Below, in pieces: positions 17,336 to 30,600 of a DNA stretch of 64,000 nt. The position numbers were made by a program, and so were the translations under genes. The DNA is taken from assembly GCA_965202585.1 (NCBI GenBank), contig OZ241830.1, positions 62,806,001 to 62,870,000 of the forward strand. The letters are read 5' to 3'. Under the pieces are notes generated by a model that ran no database searches, was not told the DNA's origin, and was given only the letters and a program-made list of their open reading frames with translations. Source of the stretch: Thalia democratica. Taxonomy: Eukaryota. Each line of letters begins with the position of its first letter. The stretch's first letter is position 1.

Positions 17336-20300
17336 TCACCAGACTCCCACAGTTTTTTCAGGATACATCGGGTCTCCTTTCTTGCACTCCCACGCCTTAC
17401 CAAACTCATCAAAGTTTTTCAACGTCATCATTACGCTTAGAAAAAAATTAATAAGAACTAAAGTTGATAAAGTTTTTAATGTGTTTGTAGCATTAAATTA
17501 GATTTATCTGAAAAGTTTTTTCAATACATTTTTATAAAAGCTACGATTTTATTTATTTAAACAATTAAGGGCTCGCGTTAGAAAAAAATATTAATAGAAA
17601 TCTACATAACACATCAGTGCTAACTAAATTGAGTCGATTTTATTAAAAATACTAATTTTAATTTACCGCAGTCTTGGAGGCATATGTACATCTGACATTA
17701 ATTCTTCTAAATCATTCGGGTCTGATCCTTCTTTGGTGCACCAATCCTGAAAAAAAAGACTTTTTCTGCTTTTATAGTGTTTTTCAAAAGAAAAAACATG
17801 AATAAACTTAATTTCACTAATTGGCTGCACAACAATTAAAGTTTTTTAAACCTTGCGAATATTTTAAACAACACAAATCTAGGTTTTGTAAAATAAATTT
17901 TGATACTTAATATTAACATTGTCTATTCACATTATGATCTTTTTCATGATAAACTTAAAAAGTAAAAAAAATATTTAACCTACATTTGTATTTATTGTAA
18001 CTAACCTTACAACTATTTTTAGAACAAGTTTGAAATTTAACAGTATCGTAATCATACCTGAGCGAAGCTCAAAAAGAACATTTTTTCCTCGCTCCATTTG
18101 TTTAAGCCATCTATACGTTTTGATCGTCTCATTTTCATTGAATTTTGCCATTTCTTAAGTCCCTAAATATTAGTTTTTAAATGTTTTTATTTTTTTTATT
18201 AAAAAGGCATTTTTTGTTGTATAGCCCTTTTTTATAAAAAAGAACATTTAAAATAAATTAATTTTTAGTTAGTCGGTAACATAAGATTTTCTAATAAAAT
18301 AAAGAAAATCAGTGATCATAATATGATTGAAGTATTTAATTTTAAATTTACTATTTTTAATGCAAAGTAAAAATGTTTATAAAATATTTATATACTATTT
18401 TTTAAATTTTACATTACCCATCAGCTACTATTTTAATTTTAGTAAGGTTTAACAAATTTATGATTTTATTAAAAATAGAAGAATTTGTATCGTACTAGCT
18501 AAACAAAAAAATTAAGATGGCTAAAATATTTTGTTTTTAGAAAACTTATAGGATACTATGCTTTTTATATGTTCACTTTGTAGAATAATATCACTCAAAA
18601 TAATTCGTTTGTTAAACTAGTATACTAGACTATGTGCTAAGTATAAGCAAATAGTAGATACTAATGTAAGATGTACTTTTATTTTGATAGTTTTTAATTT
18701 TTTTTTATACTTTTTTTAAACTGTAGTAGTAAATAAATGTAATGTATGTATTACTAATTATAAACTATTGTACGGAAGCAAATAAAACAGGCGAGTCATT
18801 AACTTTAACTAACAGCGAACACTATTTTAAAAATGGTATGCCATGTCTTAAAGTAAAGTTTTGGTTTTACTTGGAAACTTATCAACTTACTTTGTATGCA
18901 AATTTCAAACCTCCAAGATCTGCAATGTTTTCGCCTAAGGTAGCTTTTCCATCTATCTAAACATAAAAAAGAAAACCTTTATTTACATAGTTTTCAGGAT
19001 ACTCAAGCAATTGATAAAATCATTTACAAATTGGAAGAAAAGTGTATAAAAGTTTAAAATTAGAAAGCGTTTTTATTCTATGCTTACAAGATAAAATTTT
19101 GCTTTGAACTGTTAATGTAGGGATTGATAAACTACGGATGTAACTTAGTTTTATTTTTTATCATAGTAAATATTTTATATTAGGCATTAAGTAACATACC
19201 GCTTGGCTCTGAATATGATTTTACTATTTTTTGATAAATTAAATAGTGTAACAGGTTTTAAATAAAAATGATTCGATGCCTCTTTGATAACTCTTTAAGT
19301 CATAAAAACTAGTTTTAAAAAACATTAAAACTAAGTATATTTCATAATAACATAAGTCTTGACTTTTATAAGACATAAGAAGCATATGAACACAATTTTT
19401 AATTGAATACAAATTAAAATAAAGTTTTCTAACATTTCGACCATGGTAGACCAGTTTCGAATATTCTTTTATCATTTCATCAGACTTTTTCTTAAAATGC
19501 TCTGCAGAGTGCTCACTCCACCAGTTTATTTTGTTACCAATTTTGTCGTATTTGCCACCCAGGTTATCAACACTGTGGGTAATCTTTGCGAAATTGATTC
19601 AATATTAGCGGTAGTTTAACGTCACTTGTTTGAGTTTGATATTATGGTAAAAATGAGTGTTAAACTATGCGCTTTACAAACAAAACTGATTTAAAAAAAA
19701 TTCTTACCCTGTTAGCTTTAGCTTGAAGTTATTTTTCTTAGCAACAAAATAAACCAGAAACAATTTTTAAAAACTCACTTCATGTCCGACAACGAACCCA
19801 ATAGCGCCGTAGTTCATAAACTCAGCTCTTTTACCCGAAAACCAAGGGAGATGGAAATGGCCAAGTTGCACAGACAAACCGTTTTTGATCGGTACATAAA
19901 ACGCAACTGCCTTAGTCATTTGGAAGGTGCTGTAAAAAGTATTCATTAATTTTTGTTTGCAAAAGTAAGCGTTTTTAATTAGTCGATTGTACAGAGAGTT
20001 TATTGGGTATTTATTCACCGATTTCACCATGTTCATCGCTATTTTTTTTAAGTTTTCTCTCAACCTAAACTGCATGAATATTTTCAAGCGTTTAGTTGCC
20101 CGCACAGCTGCTTCAAAACAAAACTCACGACAATCTGTCGACCGGCTTGTAAATTTTCTCAACATCCCTCCTTCTCTCGTTCATGGCCAGGCCTTCCACG
20201 TTTCTGATGAAAGCCTCCATCCTCTGGTCTTCGTCGTCATAGCTACCGGGGTCGATGCTAACCTCCTCGAAGTACCGGTCAATTTCCGTCATGTTCTGAT

Positions 20301-23300
20301 GCTTCCGCGGAGTTTCGTCCAGATAACTCGGATATCCGATCAGGGCCATTATGTTGTTGATTTTTTCCACGGCCACCTCTCTCGTGCCGCGGCTCGTCCA
20401 ATGGGATACTTCCATTGATTCGACGAACGAATTGCGAATGTTCGTGTACATTTCTCTAACCTGTAAAGGAAAACTAATAACGTTGGAATAATTTGGTTGA
20501 AAATTTTTTATCGAATCAATAAGTTTACCCACCTTAGTTATAAAGTCTTTAAAATAATAAATAAGTTATACATTCAGTATTCAATTCTTTTTCTTTAAGA
20601 TTTAAACGAAAACAAATAGCTTTTACACTGTTATGAAATTTTGTGCTAAGATATACCTCACAGAAATATCAGTTCTTATACATGTATATTATCTCTTACG
20701 TAAGTTATCAAACTGAAACAAAAAATTAATAGACTTTGGTTAAAGAGCATTGTATTCAAACACAAATCTTTTTAAACACTTAAAAACGTTTTTTATTAGG
20801 TATAATTAATAGCACAACACTTTTTGACTGGAAAACTCGTACAAGCACAATACTAAGTTGCGCAACTAACTCGTCTCGCGGCTCTTCTGATTCTATGATG
20901 CTGCTTCTTGATTAACATTGCAGCTAGCGGAAGACCCATGAGATTTTCTGTCTGATCCAAACAGAAGTGGTCACTGTCGGTCTTGATGTTGCACAAACTA
21001 CCCCTATGGTTCTGACAAATATGAATACAAGCCTCCGTATTACCAATTACATCCGAGCTGAAAAATTTGGTAGATTTTAAAAGAAACATTATTAGTATTT
21101 GTTTAAGCTTAACTCAATTTTTTGGTAGTCTTTTATTTAATATTTATAAGTAAAAGTTATTTTTTTTAAGAGCATATATACAAAAACCTAATTAGTCTTT
21201 AACAAATAAAAACTTTAAAAATACCTATCAACCGTTTTTCCGACAATAATTAAACAGAAAAATATTATAAATGCAACTTAAGACTGTTACAACTTTTGTA
21301 GTTCGGTAAAACCCTATAAACTAACAAAACTTCTTTATTGTTTCTCATGTCTCTCAAAAAGCTCGCAAGCGTTGCAGATGCGTTGTATTTGTCAGTAAAA
21401 ATTATCTCGTCATCAGGTTTTACTGTCACGCTGCCATTGGTAATTTTACTGAGAATTATTTCCACGTATTTTGTCAAGTTAAAATCTCTCATCATGTTGT
21501 CGGCTTCTCTTAACGTCATCTGTCGCTCTGCTGTGTTTCCAGGCAGTTTTTTTGGGTATTTTTTTAAAATAAGTTGCTCTCTATACTGAATTTTCCCTAA
21601 TACCTGCAAAGCATGTTGTATTTAATATTAAATGACTTATATATCAACAAAGTTCAATTTAGACATTAATACTTTTACCCTAATATGTTTCCAAAAAAAA
21701 AACACAGCTTTGAAAAGCGAAAATTAAGAAACATCTCGAACTATTATCGTGTTATTTAACCAATATGTAAAATCTAGAAATAGCTACAATATTTCGTTTC
21801 AGCTAACAAACAATTACCCCTTTTGTTTTTTCCTCATTTGAATCTGAAGTTAGATTCATTTTGTCCTGTTCCATCTTGTCTCTTACATAAAGCAGCTTGA
21901 CCTGATTTAATTTGTGCTTTTCCAGTTTATTTTGCTTAACAAAATAGTTACTTTACATTTGTTTTAACTTTAGTAATTACATCTTCTGTTTAAAAAAAAA
22001 AACATCAGGTAGTAAAAGAAAAAAAAGTACGTATAAATACACATTGAGGTTCTTAATTTTCGGAGAAGAATGTTTAGATTGATATTTTTGTTTTTACATC
22101 GTAAAAAAGTATTATAGCATAATTTTAACATCAGAAAACTCAATTGAATATATATTACTGCTAAAATGTGCTTGGTAGCGTCAAGAGGATTGATCGTCAT
22201 CCCAGTGGCGATATATTGGTTCAATCCAATAAACTCGTAGTTGGCAAGTCGCTCTTCCAGGCTGTGGTTCATTTTGTCCGACGTATTACGCACGACATCG
22301 ATTTTATTAATTAGGTGTCCAGCATTTTTCAGAAAATAAGTAAATTCGTGTGTGTCTAAATTTGTAATTTGTTGTTTTTTAAAAACTTAAATACAACTTG
22401 GTCAATAAGTATTTGAAGTTCTTACTTTTGCTATTTGCAGTTTCAACTTTGTTAAAATTATTTAAAGTTTCATAAAAAAATGCATTTTAGTTACAAAATT
22501 AAATTAAATTACACGTAACTAAGTTCCAATAATTGTTGTTGGACTTTTCTAAACTATTTCTATTTATAACAAAAATAGAAGCTATGTAATTGTTAGCAAA
22601 CTATATTTAGCTTTGTCGTATAAACATTTTAACAATTTTACCAGCAGTTAGCTTTTTGCAAGACTTGTAAAACTTCTTTGCTTTTTTAACTGAAGAAGAG
22701 TCGCTTTCAAGAATTGTTGAATTCAGTATGTCTAGTATAATTTTTAAGTGTTATTGGTGTATAAACTATTTTTTAAAATCATCATTTAAGTACTAAGTGC
22801 TAAAGTCAAAAATTAATTTATGCTTTAAGAAAAAAATAGTAATCGATATGTAAAAAATACAATTTTGTATCTTTATTTTAAAGGTAGAGAAATTATAAAA
22901 AGTAAGAAAAGTTTTTTGTTGTACTAAAAATTTTCTATACTGACCGTTACAAATAAAAACACACAGATATATTTTTCTACGTTTATCAAAAAAAACTTTG
23001 CAATTTTTTAGTTCTATGTGTTAAAAAAAACTGGCTAGCTACTCCACGTAATCCTTATTAAAGCTATATATTTTGTAAGTACGTAAAGAATATACTTTGC
23101 CCAAGTCGTTGCTCAGCTTTAAAAAAATAACTAAAAATTTCAAAAGAGTTTTACCTTCAAATTTTTTTCTTTGCTTCTCCTTGCCTTCGTCCATCCACAT
23201 TTCTAGAGACTGGCTTGAATTTTTTCTGGAAATGTATCCCCCGCAAGCAAACTGGTAGAAGTTATTGCACGGATTTGTACTTTCATCTAGCATTGACAAT

Positions 23301-24673
23301 GAGGCGGAAACTGAAAATACAAGTAAGTTTGCAAAGTGAAAGATTATGATATTACAATTTTCTACTTATAAAGTTTTGCTTTTGTCTTTGCTAGTTATAA
23401 ACAGTCCTCTGGTGTTTATTTTAATATCTACAAATTTTTACTATCGTTTGAAGTTTTGTCAATAAATGATAATTCATTTAAAACTTGAAACACAATTCAA
23501 ACTTTCCTGTAGGAGCTTTATACTTTAAAACAAGTTCTATTGATTATGAAGTCTAAAACGTTGAACTAGCGTGTGAAAGTTTTGACCAAGTTTTATCAGA
23601 TACAAAACTAAATTGAGAAAATCTCCGGTTTATAAGCATATCACTAAACTAGTAAGTTATTTCGACGCTGCAACAACTTAATAGCATACATAGTTTTACA
23701 AAACATTTTAAAATTAAAAACATACTTAAAGTTCTATAGTTTTTATTTTAAGTGAATAAAGCCCTCTAACAGTCGAAAAGAGATTTTTTTTTGTGCCAGA
23801 GATTTTTACAATACTTTTTAAAGTAATATGGTATATTACAATAGTAATTTACATAAAACAAATACCGCTATTATTTAGCTAATTAATTTTCCTCAACAAA
23901 AATTATATGGTTTATTAATTTTAATTTTTATATTTTAAAACACTAATCTGTATTTGAAGTGTACCTATAACTTTTAAAAACAACGTATATCAAACTGTTT
24001 AAATTTTACATAAAAATACTTATGTTTTTAAACAGAAAATATTGTAAGCTGTGTTGAATATTAGTACAGTTTTACAACACACTTAATAAAAAATAACACT
24101 TATTATCTTAATTAAGTTTGAAGCTTTAAAACTAATCAAAGTATTAAGTCTTAGTTATATAAAACAAGCGTTGATACTTTTTACAGTAAGAAAAAACATT
24201 TGTTCTAAACCTTTAGTTTACTACATAGTGTAATAAAAGTTGAAAGTTAACAAAAATACGAAAAATTTATGAAATGTGGTTGCTTTATTTTTACAAATAA
24301 TTAAAATAAATTACATAATAAGAGCTAAACTTACCCCATCTTGGGCACTTATGTCCTGGAGAGTTGCAAACTTCATGATAAGTTTTTTGCTTGAAGTGCG
24401 TACCTGTAAAAACATTATGTAAAGTTTTGTGCCTTGACGAGACTAGAAAAAGTTTAAATATATACCTTTGATTATTAATACATTACATAGAATAAAAATA
24501 TTGTAGTCTTAGTTATGCTATTCTTAGGAGTTAAATGTGTTTTGCTTTGAATTTTTTTTTTTGCAAAATTGTTAACTACGTTTAATACAGAACAAAATCT
24601 TACCTTTAGCGTAGTTTATACCATAAATAAGTATAATTGCATATAATAATGTAAAGCATAAATGCTCTTTCAT
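17336..24673 (-). CDS. M13 family (neprilysin/ECE-like) zinc metalloendopeptidase, about 15 exons, N-terminal signal peptide or short anchor
   Basis: First coding exon 24673-24604 (MKEHLCFTLLYAIILIYGINYAK), then EVCNSPGHKC (24403-24335), NPCNNFYQFACGG (about 23311-23150), KAKKFYKSC, NYGAIGFVVGHE|ITHSVD (HExxH split by intron 19778-19584), GENIADLGG (about 18954-18889), FFLSFAQ|DWC, DVHMLPRLR, and terminal ...PEKTVGVW-TGA at 17336. Phases consistent throughout. Confidence 0.95.
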
Positions 24674-27600
24674 ATTTATAATATTCGATCTGCTATAATA
24701 CAACTTAAAAGAAGGAAATATGATTTATAAAATCAATACAGTATTTTAAAACAATACAGAATCAATAAAATTAAACAACACACGACAATTTTTTTTTTTA
24801 TTTACCAAAACTTTTAAGATATAATTTAAAAAACACAGCTTAAAAGCAACTACTAAACTAAGAATAGAAGTTTTGTTAAGCAACTGTTCTAAAAATATTG
24901 TGAAGGCTAATTTGGAACTACGTAGTATTTATACGGAATAGCATAAACTCAAAAAAGTAAAAAGTTTTACATTGGTTTACACAAATTTGTTAAGTAGTAA
25001 ACGAACTTAGTCTTATGACTTAACAAAAAAATACCAACAACGAAAGGAGTTTGAGCAAATTAAGTACACTGTTTGTAGTTTTTCGTATGAAACATTATAT
25101 AAATAACAATGATGAAACTATAGATATAGATATTACAAAAGTGATTTTCTAGTACATTGTAAGTTTAAATAATTTTTAAGCTAAATGATAAAAAAGATAT
25201 AAAAGTAAATAAACCATCCACGTAAAAACAAACTGAAAAATAAAAAGTTAAAACTTTTTTATATACTTACCTCAGTTGCCTTAAGTACAAACATTTAAAC
25301 TAATAAGAAAAAAAGTAAAAGTTTTACAAAATTAACGTTTTTTTTTTCAAAACACTTTTTGATACTTCTAATTGAAAATAGGGTAAAATTTTTATAGTTA
25401 TAAAACTATTAGCTAAATGGTATATTTTTTTAGAAGTTTATATATAACGGTAAATTTTTGAGAAACGTGTCTTATTATTCTTTTACTATATTGAATTATC
25501 TCTTGATAGTTATGTTTAAAAGTCATTAAAAGTATTATTAGTCAGTTTAAGAAATAAAATGTTTTATTCGGTCATATAAACAACGAAGTCTTATGATATG
25601 CATTAATTAAATTATATAAACAACTGTAAAGTTAGTTTAAAGGTTGTTTGTAAAAACAGTTTTTTACACGTAAAAATAACACATCAAGTTAATTGCATCA
25701 TTATTAAACAAATATTTATACTTTTTTCCTAATCCATAATACCTGAAGGTAATTTCATATTTATTAAGTTTACTTCTTAAATGAAATCATTCACATCAAA
25801 CAAATGGCAAAAATAGAAAGAATTAACATAAGTTTACATGTTTTTATAGTTGAAAAGAAAATGATATATTTAATAAAGTAAATAACTTTTAGACAAAAAA
25901 TTTCACAGTTTTGTAATTTTCAAAACTAGACTAAATCTTATAATGTTATGAAAATTAAATATTTTATCCTGATAAAAGTGCCAGTTTTTCAACATTAATT
26001 GAAACATAAACTATTTAACTGAATGAATTTTGTAATGTTCAAACAAAATCATTTGACTATTGTTGTAATGTTTAAAACTAGATTGATCGTATTTTTTTAA
26101 ACAGTTAAGCAAGCTTGTTTGTCAAAGATATACTTATTTTATTACATTAGCTTATAAAATAAAATATACTACCGACCTACTTAAACTAAATAAAAGTTGA
26201 AATGAAAATACTGCTATTTTTTAATAAGATTTCTACCGTTTATAATACCTATGCAACGTAAATAATTATAAAGTATTCACAACATAGAGGTGTATACAGA
26301 GTCTTTAAAAAACTAAGTTACATAATAGGTTTGTAATTTATTACTCAAAACATTTTTTTTCCGATAACTAGATTAATATCTACAGTTATAATCGTAACAT
26401 CGCTTATCAAATTAAGATTAATAGGTAGTGACAGCACTTTTATACGCAGTAAATTTTTACACACGTACATTGGCGAAACTTTCAAGCGAAACTACAAGCT
26501 TATCGAATAACACTTCAAAGTATCGATGCGGATACGAAATGTTTGCTCGAAGACGAATTACAGTTTGATTTGAAATAAGAACATACTATTGCTGACCTAT
26601 TAAGTTCAAGTTGTGTTGAATATAATACCATGTACTGTAAACGGAATACTTATATTTCGCATCCTATAACGTACTTCAATTGTTTACTTGGAGATAAGAT
26701 TTCAAAAGAAATAAAAGTTAATAAAACAAAAAGTATTTAAGATATTTATGTGTTTTATTTCATAAAGTTTTGCGTTTATCTATGTGAGATAATTAAGTAG
26801 AAAATAGATAAATTATTATCTATTTTTTTTAAAGACATATTAACAAAGTTAAAGCATATATCTAAACTTCTGATTCTAAAATTCTAAAATTGAATTTATT
26901 AGAAAAAACTAAAAATATGCTAACTTATTTAAAGTTATCAAGTTATACTTTTACCAAATTTCTACTAAATTATGCAGGGTTTAATAAAAACTATCTATTT
27001 GGAAACTATATATCTTTCAAGACTCTTATGATGCCAAAACGTTACGAAATATTCAAACATAAGTACTTAAAACAAATCGGTGGCTTTTTACTAAGAGTTT
27101 ACTTTAAAAGTTTTATATTTTTATACAAAAAAAAATATAGAAATAAAAAGATCTGACTTAAATTCTTTTCTTTTCTTACACAATTTTATTTTAAACTCGT
27201 GTGTAAATGTACGTGGTACTTTTTTATCAAAAAATTGTTTATAACTTTTGAAGTTTTGGTTTTATATACAATAAAAACTAAAACATTGTTTTTGAAAGTT
27301 AGTTTAAATTTTTTTACTGTTTAAAATCTAGTTTAAAGTCATTTAACCTAACTTTCATAATCTCTAATTAGGCAGAAGTTTAACGTAGTCGCCACTCATC
27401 TTATATAAAGCCTTTTTACTAAGTAGCCCCTTTGTTTTATCGCTGCCTTACTAATATTGCTCCTAACAGTCAAAATAGTTCTAAAGTAACCAATATCTTT
27501 ACTTTAAAGAACTAAGATTTAATTGCTTAACAAAAGTTGTTTTTTTCTATTGATTGTTAAAAATTTGAGTAGATATTATTTTCTATTGCTACTTTTCTTA

Positions 27601-30600
27601 AACTTTAATGGAATATTTTTAATCCTATTTCTACATTATTAAAGCTAATTAAATTTATCCTTGTATTACTACTTAACACTTCTTTTTGTATTACATAAGT
27701 CATTTTTTTTTATTCAAACTTTTATGAGTAGTATAAAAGTTTTGACTGTCTTGATATTTAATCAAAAACTTTTTTAAATTTTGAATCTGAGTCAAACTCG
27801 AAATGTTCGTTGCAAAAAGCTTATTTTTACAAAACGAAATAATTAAAGTGAATTGATTTATTTAAATTAACGTTCATTTAAATAGACCTTTCTATCAAAA
27901 AATTACAATAAACTTTCATAAAACTATCTTTATAGTATATAACTCAGTTTTGCTTACTATTTTTATTGGTAGGTTATGAATATTAGCACTTGTTATATTT
28001 TTGGAAACTTATCAAAACACATCAATTTTATTCGTCTAAACGACTAAATTTCATTCACTTACAGAAGTAATAAAAATATTTATGAAATTACTGAAACGAT
28101 ACTTACAAATAACAAAAAAAAAATAGTAGTACACATAGAGAAAATTGTTATCTTTACAAGATGTATTTTAAGTGTTATATGTAGGTTAACTAAAAATGAG
28201 TAAAGTTAAAAATAAGCCATTAAAAATGGTTTAAATTATGTGTTATGGTTTGAAAAAAGAAGTGATCTAGTCAGGTGTTATAGATAATTACTTCATTGAC
28301 CATTGACTAGTTAAAGCAGAGCTATATTTTAAACACAAAATAAGTACATAACACACTCTAATAAATATATAGATAACCGCACATTTATGGTATATACTTT
28401 TTATAATTTTTGTTAATACAATTTAAATAAAACTAAGTAAAGTAACTTTATAGTAGTTAAATATTGTTGTTTAAATACATCATGATGCATTAAAATAATT
28501 CATTTTGTCTATTATAAGTCTTTTATTCTCTTTAATTTTAAGTATGCTAAAAAATGTTAGGCATTTTTAACTTTAAGCTTTCCGCTTAGGTATATAAAAT
28601 ACTTTTCACAAGTGTCTAGTAAGAACAAAGTATAAACAATTGTATAAAAATCAACAACCGTTCGGAACAGTACTTAAACGAACAAAACACTTTACTAAAA
28701 CAAAACTTATAGAAAATTAAAACAAAAACATCTGCAGAAACTATATATACTACAATTTTTTACTGTACTCAAAACATATTTTTAAGGCAGTTAATGAATC
28801 TAAGATATTTTCTATGCAAAAACCTCAGTATTTCGGTTGTTCGTACTAAAATAATCTTCAAAGCATCTTTAATATAACTCCAATAATTATAATACCTTAC
28901 TATCTAACAGTAACTGATGAAAAAAACTACATACTTTTATAGACACTTACAAAATTAGACTTTAAAATCAAATATTATTGAAAATTTACTACTTTTTAAA
29001 GTATCTATAAATAAAATTCACAAAATACTTAAACAAAATTTTCTTTTAAGCTTGCACTTTAAAGACTAACAAAAGTACCAGCACAAAATCGTTTATACTT
29101 AGTTCTCTTACGTGTTTCAACTAAACCTAGTAACGAGTTTAAAAAATGATATTTTACTTTTTACATGCAAATTTTAACCAAAAAAGAAAATATAATTACA
29201 TTTTTCTTTCTCCATTATTTTGATTAAATACTGTCGTTTCTAGCTTTGTTCAAAAAAATTAACTTCTTATTTGTTAGTTGATCATAAGTATTCTTTATTT
29301 ATTTTAATTCAATATAAATTAATTAGAGCTCGATTAGTTTCAAAAAAAAGTTTAAAAGCTTGAAATAAATGTTAAACAATAGTTCTGTTATAATGACTTC
29401 AAATAATCGCATTTCTATTATAGAATACCTTAGATTTTTTGTTCAAAAATTATAAATAGTATAAATCAAAAATACTTAAAGTTTCTTATTTAAATAAACG
29501 ATATCTATTATGTTACTGAATAGTTCTTTTATAGTTTAAAATAATCGGTTTAGATTTTAGAAATTATTTTAATTTAGTTAGTAAAATAATATAAATGCGA
29601 ATCATGATACTCTAGTTTTATTTGAAAAGGCTGGTGATGTAAACTGTAAAATAAAAGGTTTGTTATGTTCATAAAACAAAAGTTTGCAAACAATGTGATC
29701 ATTTTGAAAAATAAATTGAAAGTTAAAACTTTTTTTCTTTATACTCGTACTTCAAAATTTCAATCAATTGCAAAGTTTCTATAGTATAATCCAAAATGAG
29801 TAAGGTTTTTAATGCTCAATGAAAAAGTTTAAATTAAAAGAATATTTACGTATACTAAAAACATCTAAGCTTTTTTAACTATATCAGACACTCAGACACT
29901 TTTTTTCATTGTTACAGATGCTTATATGCTTTACCAAATAGTTGTAAAGTTTTTTAAAAATGTATAAACTTATACTTTAACAAGTTAATAATGTTTTATA
30001 CCTTTGATATGTAATATTAGTAATAAAAAGAAATACTATTTAGATAAGAAAAAAATTAATTAAAATTATTAGAGTTAAAGTATTACTTATTGCGTAGAAT
30101 TTCAGCAACAGTTTACCATAATGACATAGCTTATATCATTTAAAGTAAACTAGCATAATCATTTAGAAAACTTAAAACACTGTTAACACATTATGAGTAA
30201 AATTAAGAATATTAGTTGGCCGACAAAGACCAGCTACATAAAAACAAAATAAACAAACTAAAGGCAGAAAAATCTCAGAGTTTTTGTTGATAAAAAATCT
30301 TCAATTCAAAATATGATCAAAAAATAAGTATAAATAAAATTAAAAAATAAAACAAATTAGTCAAAGTAACAAAGGTTTACTTAACCTTAAACACAAAAAA
30401 AAATATTTTAAGTAAGGTTTAAGTATAAAGCAATTAATATAATATATTTAATATATTTTAAGTTGTTATGTCGAGTAATTAAATACTTCATAAAATGTTT
30501 GACTAGTATACAGACAATTTTTTTACGCAAACTTATTTGCTTTTAAACAAATAAAGCCACACTGCCAAAAAACAAAATAATATCTTATAGCCGAGGGAAA

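Noticed and set aside
20125-20130. Apparent premature TGA or frameshift in the M13 gene (ORF track ends at KPVDRLS)
   Set aside because: The TGA lies inside a perfect GTGAGT donor; the intron ending at 19930 restores the frame into TFQMTKAVAFY.
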